Below, piece after piece: positions 33,162 to 42,298 of a stretch of 64,000 bases of DNA. How positions within the stretch are numbered: the first letter of the stretch is position 1; each line of letters begins with the position of its first letter. Source of the DNA: Methanocaldococcus sp. 16A (GTDB lineage Archaea > AGJL01 > Methanococci > Methanococcales > Methanocaldococcaceae); assembly GCA_049860595.1 (NCBI GenBank), contig CP187551.1; one strand, 5' to 3'. The notes beneath the pieces were generated by a model. That model did not search any database. It was not told the DNA's origin and saw only the letters and a list, made by a program, of their open reading frames with translations. The translations under genes were made by a program, and so were the position numbers.

Positions 33162-34451
33162 TTAATAGAATCTTAAATACTTAAACCCATCTCCATTATC
33201 AAAGCTGTAATGTATCTCAGAATATTCTTTAGCAAATTCTATAACATCTTCTTTAACTTTTTCTGGTTTTTCTTTATCAATGGCAATTCTTTTCATAAAC
33301 TCAGCAATTTCTTCCATTTCTTTCTCTTTCATCCCTAATCTTGTACATTCTTGCGTTCCTAATCTAATACCACTTGGATTATCTGAGTTATTTACATCAT
33401 CCCATGGTAATAAGTTTTTATTTAAAATTATGTTTGCCTCTTCATACATTTTAGCTAAATCACTTGCTGAAAATTCAATGTCTGGAGAGCTTTCTATATC
33501 AATAATTACTTGATGGCTTTCTGTAAAGTCTTTATGCTCACATAAAACATTAAATCCTCTTTCATACAACGCCTGAGCTAATGCTTTTGCATTTTTAATT
33601 ACTTGTTTAGCATAATCCTCTCCAAACTCTAACATTTCAGCTAAGGCAATAGCTAAACCTGCCTTATGATGCAAGTGATGATTACTAACTACTCCAGGGA
33701 ATACGTGAGTGTCTATCTTATCAGCATTCTCTTTTGTAGTTAAGATAATTCCTCCTTGAGGTCCAAAGAATGTTTTGTGAGTACTACCCATTAAATACTC
33801 AGCTCCCTCTCTTAATGGGTCTTGGAATTGTTTTCCAGCAATTAAACCAAGGACGTGAGCTCCATCGTAGGCTATTTTAGCTCCAACTTCTTGAGCTGCT
33901 TCATAAGCATCAGCTACTGGATGAGGGAATGGGAATAAAGAACCTCCAAACAATATCAGCTTTGGTTTTTCTTCTAAGATTTTCCTAACCATTGCATCTG
34001 CATCAATGTTCATCTCTTCTGGGTCGAATGGATGGTTTATAACTTTTAATCCTCTAATTCCAGCAGCACTAACTTTCCAGTGGCTTATATGCCCTCCATC
34101 TGGAACACTTAAAGCCATTAACTTATCTCCGGGCTTTGTTTCAGCAAAGAATACTGCCAAGTTAGCAACAACCCCACTTGTTGGCTGAACATTAGCATGT
34201 TCAGCTTTAAACAACTCTTTAGCTAATTCTATGCAGAGTGTTTCAACTTCATCTATATATTTACATCCTTGATATAATCTCTTTCCTGGCAATCCTTCAG
34301 CGTATCTATGCATAAAGTCAGTTGCACATGCCTCTCTAACAGCTAAACTTGTTATATTTTCACTTGCAATTAATTTTATACACTCTCTCATCCAATCGTG
34401 CTGTTTCATAGAAATTTCTCTAATAAATTTTGGAACATCTGAATATTTCAT
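33162..34451 (-). CDS. glyA: Serine hydroxymethyltransferase
   Basis: [28 protein letters not shown] and SGIRLGT motifs. Confidence 0.97.
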   Translation of the reverse strand: MKYSDVPKFIREISMKQHDWMRECIKLIASENITSLAVREACATDFMHRYAEGLPGKRLYQGCKYIDEVETLCIELAKELFKAEHANVQPTSGVVANLAVFFAETKPGDKLMALSVPDGGHISHWKVSAAGIRGLKVINHPFDPEEMNIDADAMVRKILEEKPKLILFGGSLFPFPHPVADAYEAAQEVGAKIAYDGAHVLGLIAGKQFQDPLREGAEYLMGSTHKTFFGPQGGIILTTKENADKIDTHVFPGVVSNHHLHHKAGLAIALAEMLEFGEDYAKQVIKNAKALAQALYERGFNVLCEHKDFTESHQVIIDIESSPDIEFSASDLAKMYEEANIILNKNLLPWDDVNNSDNPSGIRLGTQECTRLGMKEKEMEEIAEFMKRIAIDKEKPEKVKEDVIEFAKEYSEIHYSFDNGDGFKYLRFY

Positions 34452-34754
34452 TATTATCCCTCCTGGTTATTTTTTAATGTTGATGAGTAATACTTTTGTA
34501 GTATTGGTTATAGTTATAGTTTTTTACAAAATAAATAAAACTTTATAAGGAAATTTAAATGTCTTCTAAATGGAAGACATTCGTTAATGCTTTAATTGCA
34601 CAAAACTATAATCATCAAAACTTATTTAAATATAACTTATTTAAATATAATAAGGAACTTATTTGGATTTTATATCAATACCTTTTAAAGTGAAATTTAT
34701 TTGATGATTGACTATAAAAATATCTTCAAGCTATAAAAGTTTTTGGTGCTGTCT

Positions 34755-35801
34755 ATGATGAAGGTGTGTGTCATAGAAGGAGATGGAATAGGAAAAGAAG
34801 TAATTCCAATAGCTGTGAAAATATTAAATGAGCTTGGAGATTTTGAAATAATAGAAGGAGAAGCTGGATTAGAATGTTTAAAAAAATATAACACAGCTTT
34901 ACCAGAAGAAACAATAGAGAAAGCCAAAGAAGCGGATGTTATTTTATTTGGTGCTATAACATCTCCAAAACCAGGAGAAGTTAAAAATTATAAAAGCCCA
35001 ATAATAACTCTAAGAAAATTATTTGATTTATATGCCAATGTAAGACCAATTAACAACTTTGGGATTGGGCAGTTAATTGGGAGAATTGCGGATTATGAAT
35101 TCTTAAATGTTAGAAATATTGATATGGTTATTATTAGAGAAAATACAGAAGATTTATATGTTGGAAGAGAAAAGTTGGAAAATGGAATGGCAGTAGCTGA
35201 AAGGGTTATAACAAAAAAAGGTAGTGAAAGAATAATAAAATTTGCATTTGAATATGCAATAAAAAATAATAGAAAGAAAGTATCTTGCATACATAAAGCA
35301 AACGTCTTAAGAATCACTGATGGGTTATTCTTAGAAGTTTTTAATGAAATAAAAAAATATTATGAAATAGAGGCAGATGATTATTTAGTTGATTCAACAG
35401 CCATGAATTTAATAAAAAATCCTGAAAAGTTTGATGTTATTGTTACAACAAATATGTTTGGGGATATTTTATCAGATGAAGCTTCTGCATTGATTGGAGG
35501 TTTAGGATTAGCTCCATCAGCCAATATAGGGGAAGATAAAGCATTATTTGAGCCAGTGCATGGTTCAGCTCCAGATATAGCTGGAAAAGGCATAGCAAAT
35601 CCAATGGCATCTATCTTGAGTGTAGCTATGCTATTTGATTATATTGGAGAGAAAGAAAAAGGAGATTTAATTAGAGAGGCAGTTAAATACTGTCTAATAA
35701 ATAAAAAAGTTACTCCTGATTTAGGAGGAAATTTAAAGACAAAAGATGTAGGAAATGAAATTCTAAATTACATTAGAAATAAATTAAAGGGATATAAATG
35801 A
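34755..35801 (+). CDS. aksF: Homoisocitrate dehydrogenase (coenzyme B synthesis; isocitrate/isopropylmalate DH family)
   Basis: GDGIGKEV, RENTEDLY, NMFGDILSD, EPVHGSAPDIAG; MJ1596-like context. Confidence 0.8.
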   Translation: MMKVCVIEGDGIGKEVIPIAVKILNELGDFEIIEGEAGLECLKKYNTALPEETIEKAKEADVILFGAITSPKPGEVKNYKSPIITLRKLFDLYANVRPINNFGIGQLIGRIADYEFLNVRNIDMVIIRENTEDLYVGREKLENGMAVAERVITKKGSERIIKFAFEYAIKNNRKKVSCIHKANVLRITDGLFLEVFNEIKKYYEIEADDYLVDSTAMNLIKNPEKFDVIVTTNMFGDILSDEASALIGGLGLAPSANIGEDKALFEPVHGSAPDIAGKGIANPMASILSVAMLFDYIGEKEKGDLIREAVKYCLINKKVTPDLGGNLKTKDVGNEILNYIRNKLKGYK

Positions 35802-36802
35802 AAATAAAAATTACCAAATCTTCCATTCTTTTTATCCTTAGCATTGCTTTTATATTAATTTTAATGGCATATATTGGAATATACGAAATATTCCAAATAT
35901 TAATTAGTGCAAATCCAATCTATATAATATTGACAATTATTCTGCAAATAGTTATTTCAATATTATTGGCTTTAAGATGGAGATATATAACAAATATTTT
36001 GGGATACAAAGCATCGATGAAAAACCTATTTTTACTTATTTTAATGGGGCTGTTTATTAATAATATCACCCCATCTATGAGGGGGGGAGGGGAGGCGTTT
36101 AGAGCTTACTATTTATCAAAACTTGAAAAGATTCCAAAAGGTTTAGCATTTTCTACAGTGGTGGTTGAGAGAGTTTTAGATACCTCCATATTTTTATTTT
36201 TCACATTATTTGTGATTGGATACTTTGTAGTTACAGGATTTAAGTATCTTGAATATCTCATTCTTTCATGGATTTTTTTGTTTTCTCTAACTGTAGTAGT
36301 TATTTATTTAATAGCAAATAAAAAACTTCTAATTAAGACAGTTACAAAAATATCAAAGTTTATTTGCAAATACTGCTCATACAATTACGATGAAGAAAAA
36401 ATACTAAAATCTATTGATGAATTCTACAACAGCATGAGATTTTTTAAAAATAAGAGAGGTAGAGAAGTTTATATTGCCATAATTTTATCTGTAGGTTGGT
36501 ATGTCCTTGATATCCTAAAGTTGTGGTTGTTATTTTTATCTCTGCCTTATATAGTCTCTATTGTGAGTGTAGCCGCGGTATATTTGATAACTCTTTTATC
36601 AGGGGTTTTATCCATAACTCCAAGTGGTTTTGGTACTGCTGATACGGTAATGATACTTTCTTTTACTGCTTTTAAAATTCCTCCCTCAGTAGCTGCAGCA
36701 GTTACATTATTGGATAGATTTGTATCCTATGTAATCCCAACACTTCTTGGTTATATTGCCATGTTGATTATAAAAAAAGAGCTTGATAAGAAAAAAGTAT
36801 AA
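35798..36802 (+). CDS. UPF0104 / lysylphosphatidylglycerol-synthase-TM family membrane protein
   Basis: NNITPSMRGGGE, VVERVLD and TPSGFG motifs; multiple TM helices. Confidence 0.85.
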   Translation: MKIKITKSSILFILSIAFILILMAYIGIYEIFQILISANPIYIILTIILQIVISILLALRWRYITNILGYKASMKNLFLLILMGLFINNITPSMRGGGEAFRAYYLSKLEKIPKGLAFSTVVVERVLDTSIFLFFTLFVIGYFVVTGFKYLEYLILSWIFLFSLTVVVIYLIANKKLLIKTVTKISKFICKYCSYNYDEEKILKSIDEFYNSMRFFKNKRGREVYIAIILSVGWYVLDILKLWLLFLSLPYIVSIVSVAAVYLITLLSGVLSITPSGFGTADTVMILSFTAFKIPPSVAAAVTLLDRFVSYVIPTLLGYIAMLIIKKELDKKKV

Positions 36803-36853
36803 TAGCCTCTTAATTTTTATTTCAACCTGTAATCCTTTAAAAAGTTATTCTTG

Positions 36854-37489
36854 CTATTTAATATACTTTAAAATCTCTCTTAAATCCCTCTTCTCTATAC
36901 AAATATCTGCTTTCTCTTTTAAAATTGGCTTAGCACAAAAAGCAATTTTTAAGCCAGCTTTTTTAAACATACTTATGTCATTAGCTCCATCTCCTACAGC
37001 AACAGTATCTTCCAATTTTATTCCTTCAATTTTGGCTATCTTCTCTAAAATTTCTCCCTTAGCATTTTCTTTTAAAACCTCTCCTTCAACTTCTCCAGTT
37101 AGTTTTCCATCTTTAACAATTAACCTATTTGCAAAAGCATAATCTAATCCTAATTTTTCTTTAATTTTATTAACCGCAATATCAAAACCTCCACTAACAA
37201 CAGCAACAACATAACCTCTATTTTTTAGCTCTTTTATAGTTTCTTCAGCTCCTTCAGTTGGTGTTATTCTTTCAATAGCTTTTTCAACCTTTTCAATTGG
37301 AAGGTCTTTTAATAAACTAACTCTTTTTCTTAATGATTGCTCAAAATTTAATTTCCCTTCCATCGCTTCTTTTGTTATCCTCTTAACTTCTTCCTCAACT
37401 CCAGCCTCTCTTGCAATTTCATCAATAGTCTCATTATTAACCAATGTGCTATCAAAATCAAATAAAATAAGCTTTTTCTTCTTCTCCAT
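36854..37489 (-). CDS. serB: Phosphoserine phosphatase
   Basis: DFDSTL, VSGGF and GDGANDISM motifs. Confidence 0.97.
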   Translation of the reverse strand: MEKKKKLILFDFDSTLVNNETIDEIAREAGVEEEVKRITKEAMEGKLNFEQSLRKRVSLLKDLPIEKVEKAIERITPTEGAEETIKELKNRGYVVAVVSGGFDIAVNKIKEKLGLDYAFANRLIVKDGKLTGEVEGEVLKENAKGEILEKIAKIEGIKLEDTVAVGDGANDISMFKKAGLKIAFCAKPILKEKADICIEKRDLREILKYIK

Positions 37490-37557
37490 TCAATCACCAA
37501 CTTTAAAAATTTTAAAATTAAGTAAATTTTAATAAAAAAAGTTTAAAATAAAATTAA

Positions 37558-37809
37558 TTATTCAATTTTCTCAACTTTTATCTCATAATCATGGATTACA
37601 GGGTTTGCTAAGAGCTTTTTACACATCTCTTCAACTTCTTCTTTAACTTTTTCTTCATTTTCTCCTTCCATTATTATATCAATCATCTTGTATGTTTGGA
37701 CTTCTTTGACATTATTAAATCCTAAAAAGTTTAATGCCCTCTGTATTGTCCTACCTTCAGGGTTTAAAACTCCTTTTTTTAGTTTTATTATAACTGTTGC
37801 TTTAAACAT
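37558..37809 (-). CDS. purS: FGAM synthase subunit PurS
   Basis: LKKGVLNPEG and LLANPVIHDY motifs. Confidence 0.95.
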   Translation of the reverse strand: MFKATVIIKLKKGVLNPEGRTIQRALNFLGFNNVKEVQTYKMIDIIMEGENEEKVKEEVEEMCKKLLANPVIHDYEIKVEKIE

Positions 37810-37828
37810 ATATTTCACCATTTAAATA

Positions 37829-38557
37829 TTATAACAAACCTAATCTCTCAGCGACAATTCTATATTTTGCAATAACATCTCCTAAATCTTTTCTAAATAC
37901 ATCCTTATCTAACACATCTCTTGTTTCTTTGTCCCACAATCTCATAGTATCTGGGCTTATTTCATCTGCAACCACTAAATTGCCATCTTTATCTCTACCA
38001 ATTTCAATTTTGAAGTCAACTAATATTATGCCTTTCTCATCAAATAATTTCTTTAAAGCCTCATTAACTTTTAGAGCAATTTCTTTAATCTTGTTTAATT
38101 CCTCTCTTGTAGCTAAACCTAAAGCTACGGCAATGTCTTCATTTAACATTGGGTCTCCATACTCATCATTTTTGTAATCAAATTGAACAATTGGAAATGG
38201 CAATTCTTTTCCTTCTTCAAAAGGATATCTTCTGCATAAGCTTCCTGCAGCTATATTTCTAACTATAACTTCTATTGGTACAATCTCAACCTTTTTAGCT
38301 ACCATGTATCTTGGTTCTATATACTTTATGTAGTGGGTCTCTATCCCATTTTCTTCCAAAACTTCAAATAATTTTGATGAAATTAGGGCGTTTAAATACC
38401 CTTTATTCTCTTTAACATCATGCTTAGCTCCATTTCCAGCTGTTATATCATCTCTAAACTCAATTAAAACTTTATCCTCATCAATTTCATAGATAGACTT
38501 TGCTTTTCCACTGTATAGTGGCTGCTTTTTTAATATTTCTTCCAATTTTATCTCCAT
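37829..38557 (-). CDS. purC: SAICAR synthetase
   Basis: GKAKSIY, PIEVIVRN, VDFKIE and ADEISPDTMRLWD motifs. Confidence 0.97.
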   Translation of the reverse strand: MEIKLEEILKKQPLYSGKAKSIYEIDEDKVLIEFRDDITAGNGAKHDVKENKGYLNALISSKLFEVLEENGIETHYIKYIEPRYMVAKKVEIVPIEVIVRNIAAGSLCRRYPFEEGKELPFPIVQFDYKNDEYGDPMLNEDIAVALGLATREELNKIKEIALKVNEALKKLFDEKGIILVDFKIEIGRDKDGNLVVADEISPDTMRLWDKETRDVLDKDVFRKDLGDVIAKYRIVAERLGLL

Positions 38558-38696
38558 ACTTTCCCACCTAAAGAAGTTTATTGAGTTATAATCTTAAATT
38601 TAATTACTTTTATGGCAAAATAGTTTAACTTAAATGTAATATAAATGTAATATAAAAATTTTAGCTTAATAGGAACAAAAAAGATATTAAAGATTT

Positions 38697-38732
38697 TCGA
38701 TGTGCCTCCCTTAAACGGGTTCGGCACATCGA
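38697..38732 (-). promoter_or_regulatory. Archaeal SECIS element in the selD 3' UTR
   Basis: mRNA UCGAUGUGCC-GAA-CCC-GUUUAA-GGG-A-GGCACAUCGA: 10-bp stem, GAA/A internal loop, 3 GC pairs. Confidence 0.93.
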
Positions 38733-38786
38733 CTAAAGACGTTTTTACATAGAATCTTTAATGGAGATGAACTGCCCAGCACCGAG

Positions 38787-39836
38787 TTAGACTTCAACTA
38801 TTTCAACATCTTTACTTAAAATTGCCTTTCCTTTACATTTTTTCTTTACTTTTCCAACCTCAAAAGCATAACATTTAGCTTTCTCCAACTCATCAATTAA
38901 ATCATCTTTATACTCTTTTTTTGCTGATATTAATAATCCTCCTGCAGTTTCTGCTCCATAACCTTCCAATAATGCATGACCAAATAATTTACTCAACTCA
39001 GGAGTCTTTTTTATGCATGGTAAAGTATGGATTTCTATTAAAACATTGCTGTTCTTAGCCATTTCATTTGAATGCCCTAATAGACCAAATCCAGTAATAT
39101 CTGTTAAGGCATTTGCTATTTTATCTCCAACTCTTTCTTCTGCTTTTCTTAAAGCCATTAATCCATATCTATTTGATGTAGTCATTATTTCTATTGCTTT
39201 ATCTATAATGTATTTTTCCTCCTCATAAGTAATGTCGATTAAATTTTTGAATTCCTCAGGAATTCTTGATAACGCCATCGCTGTTTGAGTACCTAATGGT
39301 TTTGTTAATATTAAAATATCTCCTTCCTTAGCTCCACTTTTTGTTAAAACTTCTTCTTCTCTCCCAACGCCAGTAACTGCACCTCCAATCAAAGGCCATG
39401 GGTTTAGTATAGTATGCCCACCAACTATTGAGGTTTTATTTTCTCTACAAAAGTCTTGAAATCCTTTTAACATTTCCCTAACTATTTGTATTGGAAGTTT
39501 TTCAGGAATTCCAACAATTGCTAAAACACCTACTATATCTAATAATCCCATAGCGTAGATATCGCTTGTTGAATTACAGGCAGCTATCTTTCCTTGTATA
39601 TATGGATTATCAACAATCGGTGTGAAAACATCTACTGTCTTTGCAATAACTAATCCATTTCTTTTAATTACTGATGCATCATCTCCTAATCCAACCAAAA
39701 TATTTTTGTCTGATAAATCCTCTTCATTAACTATTCCTTTAACTAAATATTCTAACTCGGTGCTGGGCAGTTTACAAGCTCATCCATGTAATTTAACCAA
39801 TTCAGTTAATTTTATTTTTTCATCTGCTTTTTCCAT
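38787..39836 (-). CDS. selD: Selenide, water dikinase (selenophosphate synthetase), selenoprotein with Sec19
   Basis: ATG at 39836 gives MEKADEKIKLTELVKLHG-U-ACKLP (in-frame TGA 39780-39782). Also GDDA, TVDVFTP, GGHT, TDITGFG and ETAGGLL; SECIS downstream. Confidence 0.95.
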
Positions 39837-40151
39837 ATTTTCACCAGTGAAAGTTATAAATTTATAAACATAACCAATAACCAATTCTATTAATAAATTT
39901 GATGAGCTATAAAATACTACCAATTAGAATTTCTAATAACCTTTGAGTTATTAAGGTTTTATATTCTTCAAAATACCATAAAGATGTTAAGAAATAGCTC
40001 ACAATTGCATTTGCAAAAAGCTTTGTCATCATTGGAAAGGATTTACCAAGCATTTACAAAAATCATGTGAGAAAGAGAATTATAAAAATCCAAAGACACT
40101 TTTATATATTTTGAAAGCTTATTATCAAGGTATTTTATGTTTAGATAGAGG

Positions 40152-40862
40152 GACGATGTCAAGATAAGACGATGTCAAGATAAGGAGAGAAAGAAGTTAT
40201 AGAAAGAGGAGAAAGATACGAGCCAGCTAATGACGGTTGAGAATTTAGTATTACTTGGGAATCGATTATAGAAAGATTTAGTTCTTCGTTTGAGTAGGGA
40301 AAAGAAACTTTCGACACAATTTCTTAAACCGAATCGAACTCTTTCGAATTTTAGTCCTAATCTTTGCAGTGCCCACGGATACCATTTGCCACCATCGACT
40401 AAAATCTTTGGTTTATTCGAGCAAAATTTTAATATATTTTTTACGAATAAGATTGTATCGAGGTAGCATCTTGTTTTAGAGACATAGATACCTAAACATT
40501 CTTTAGAACCCACATCGATAGCAGACCATACATAAATAGTTTCATTTCCAATCTTTAGTTTAGTTTCATCGATTGCTATTAGGTTTCTTGTCTTTCTTTC
40601 AGGCTCGTTTAAAATCTCCTTAATCTTGTGATAATATGTTCTAACCGATTCATGACTTATACTTTCAAATTGAGAAAGAAACAAACTAACCTTTCTTAAC
40701 GATAATCCTAAATAATACAAAATTCCAGCTAAAATTTTAATCTCTATCGACTTCTTATTCCTTTTAACTATCTTCTTAATCCCTTCCTTTAACATTTCTA
40801 TCGTAAGTTTCATATCTTCCTTTATTTACACATATTTATTTAATCTTTATCTTGACAGTCTC
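40152..40862 (-). mobile_element. IS6-family insertion sequence with one tandemly duplicated TIR
   Basis: GACGATGTCAAGATAA x2 (40152-40183) ... TTATCTTGACAGTCTC; flanking direct repeat AGATAGAGG. Confidence 0.92.
40175..40813 (-). CDS. IS6-family transposase (intact)
   Basis: IDETK, WSAID, VDGG and NCVESFF DDE motifs. Confidence 0.92.
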   Translation of the reverse strand: MKLTIEMLKEGIKKIVKRNKKSIEIKILAGILYYLGLSLRKVSLFLSQFESISHESVRTYYHKIKEILNEPERKTRNLIAIDETKLKIGNETIYVWSAIDVGSKECLGIYVSKTRCYLDTILFVKNILKFCSNKPKILVDGGKWYPWALQRLGLKFERVRFGLRNCVESFFSLLKRRTKSFYNRFPSNTKFSTVISWLVSFSSFYNFFLSLS

Positions 40863-41132
40863 AGATAGAGGGGATTTTAAACCAGAATTTAACTTATTCA
40901 AACGCTTAGATTGCCATGATGATGGGATTGTAAATTATTTGTTTGAATGCAAAATAAATAAAAAAGATATCGACGGGCAATATAAAGAAAAGATAAAAAA
41001 TCATTTTTGTGAATTGGATTTATTGTTGGATGAGAGTTATAAAAACTCCAATATAAGAAATGAGCCATCAAAAACTATAAAAATTAGAGCAATTGAGCTT
41101 TATAAAAAGCTATATTTTGAGGATGTGAGAGA

Positions 41133-42260
41133 ATGATAAGCAGTAGATGTAAGAATATAAAACCATCAGCAATTAGAGAAATATTTAATTTAGCAACCTC
41201 TGACTGTATAAATTTGGGTATTGGAGAGCTAGATTTTGATACTCCAAAACATATTATTGAGGAAGCAAAAAAAGCATTGGATGAATGTAAAACTCATTAC
41301 TCCCCAAATAATGGAATTCCAGAGCTTAGAGAAGAGATAAGTAACAAATTAAAGAAAGATTATAATTTAGATGTTGATAAAGACAATATTATCGTAACCT
41401 GTGGAGCTTCAGAGGCGTTAATGCTTTCCATTATGACTTTGGTTGATAGAGGGGATGAGGTTTTAATCCCAAATCCATCTTTTGTGTCTTACTTTTCATT
41501 GACAGAGTTTGCTGAGGGGAAGATTAAGAGTATAAATTTAGATGATAATTTTGATATTGATTTAGAGCAAGTTAAGGAATCAATAACCAAAAAAACAAAA
41601 TTAATAATCTTTAACTCTCCAGCAAACCCTACAGGAAAGGTTTATGATAAAGAAACTATTAAAGGATTGGCTGAAATTGCTGAAGATTACAATTTAATTA
41701 TTGTCTCAGATGAGGTCTATGATAAGATTATATATGAGAAGAAGCACTACTCACCAATGCAATTTACTGATAGATGTATATTAATTAATGGATTTTCTAA
41801 AACCTATGCTATGACTGGCTGGAGAATTGGTTATTTAGCAGTTTCTGATAATTTAAATAAAGAGTTGAATTTAATCAACAATATGATAAAAATACACCAA
41901 TACAGCTTTGCCTGTGCCACTACTTTTGCTCAATATGGTGCTTTATCTGCCTTAAGAGGTAGTCAAAGATGTGTTGAAGAGATGGTTAATGAATTTAGAA
42001 AAAGGAGAGATTTAATTTATAAGGGGTTAAAGGATATTTTTAAAGTTAATAAACCTGATGGAGCTTTTTACATATTCCCAAATGTGTCTGAGTATGGGGA
42101 TGGAGTAGAGGTTGCTAAAAAGTTAATTGAAAATAAAGTTTTATGTGTTCCGGGAATTGCGTTTGGTGAAAATGGAGCTAATTATATTAGGTTTAGTTAT
42201 GCTACAAAATATGAAGATATCGAAAAAGCTATTGAGATAATAAAAAAGATTTTTATTTAA
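41133..42260 (+). CDS. aspC: PLP-dependent class I aminotransferase (aspartate aminotransferase-like, MJ0001-like)
   Basis: NSPANPTG, SDEVY, GFSKTYAMTGWRIGY and IRFSY motifs. Confidence 0.88.
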   Translation: MISSRCKNIKPSAIREIFNLATSDCINLGIGELDFDTPKHIIEEAKKALDECKTHYSPNNGIPELREEISNKLKKDYNLDVDKDNIIVTCGASEALMLSIMTLVDRGDEVLIPNPSFVSYFSLTEFAEGKIKSINLDDNFDIDLEQVKESITKKTKLIIFNSPANPTGKVYDKETIKGLAEIAEDYNLIIVSDEVYDKIIYEKKHYSPMQFTDRCILINGFSKTYAMTGWRIGYLAVSDNLNKELNLINNMIKIHQYSFACATTFAQYGALSALRGSQRCVEEMVNEFRKRRDLIYKGLKDIFKVNKPDGAFYIFPNVSEYGDGVEVAKKLIENKVLCVPGIAFGENGANYIRFSYATKYEDIEKAIEIIKKIFI

Positions 42261-42298
42261 ATCTGAATAAGATTTTTAGCATTATACTTTACATGAAT

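Larger units (their letters stand above)
39953..41136 (+). pseudogene. Predicted nucleotidyltransferase (MJ0002-like) remnant, interrupted by IS6
   Basis: Reading ...HHWKGFTKHLQ...KTLLYILKAYYQGILCLDRG continues in frame across the IS into DFKPEF...KLYFEDVRE. 5' part missing; extra frameshift near 39992. Confidence 0.7.

Noticed and set aside
40852-41136. 94-aa ORF as an independent gene
   Set aside because: It starts at a TTG within the IS terminal repeat and is the tail of a disrupted gene.
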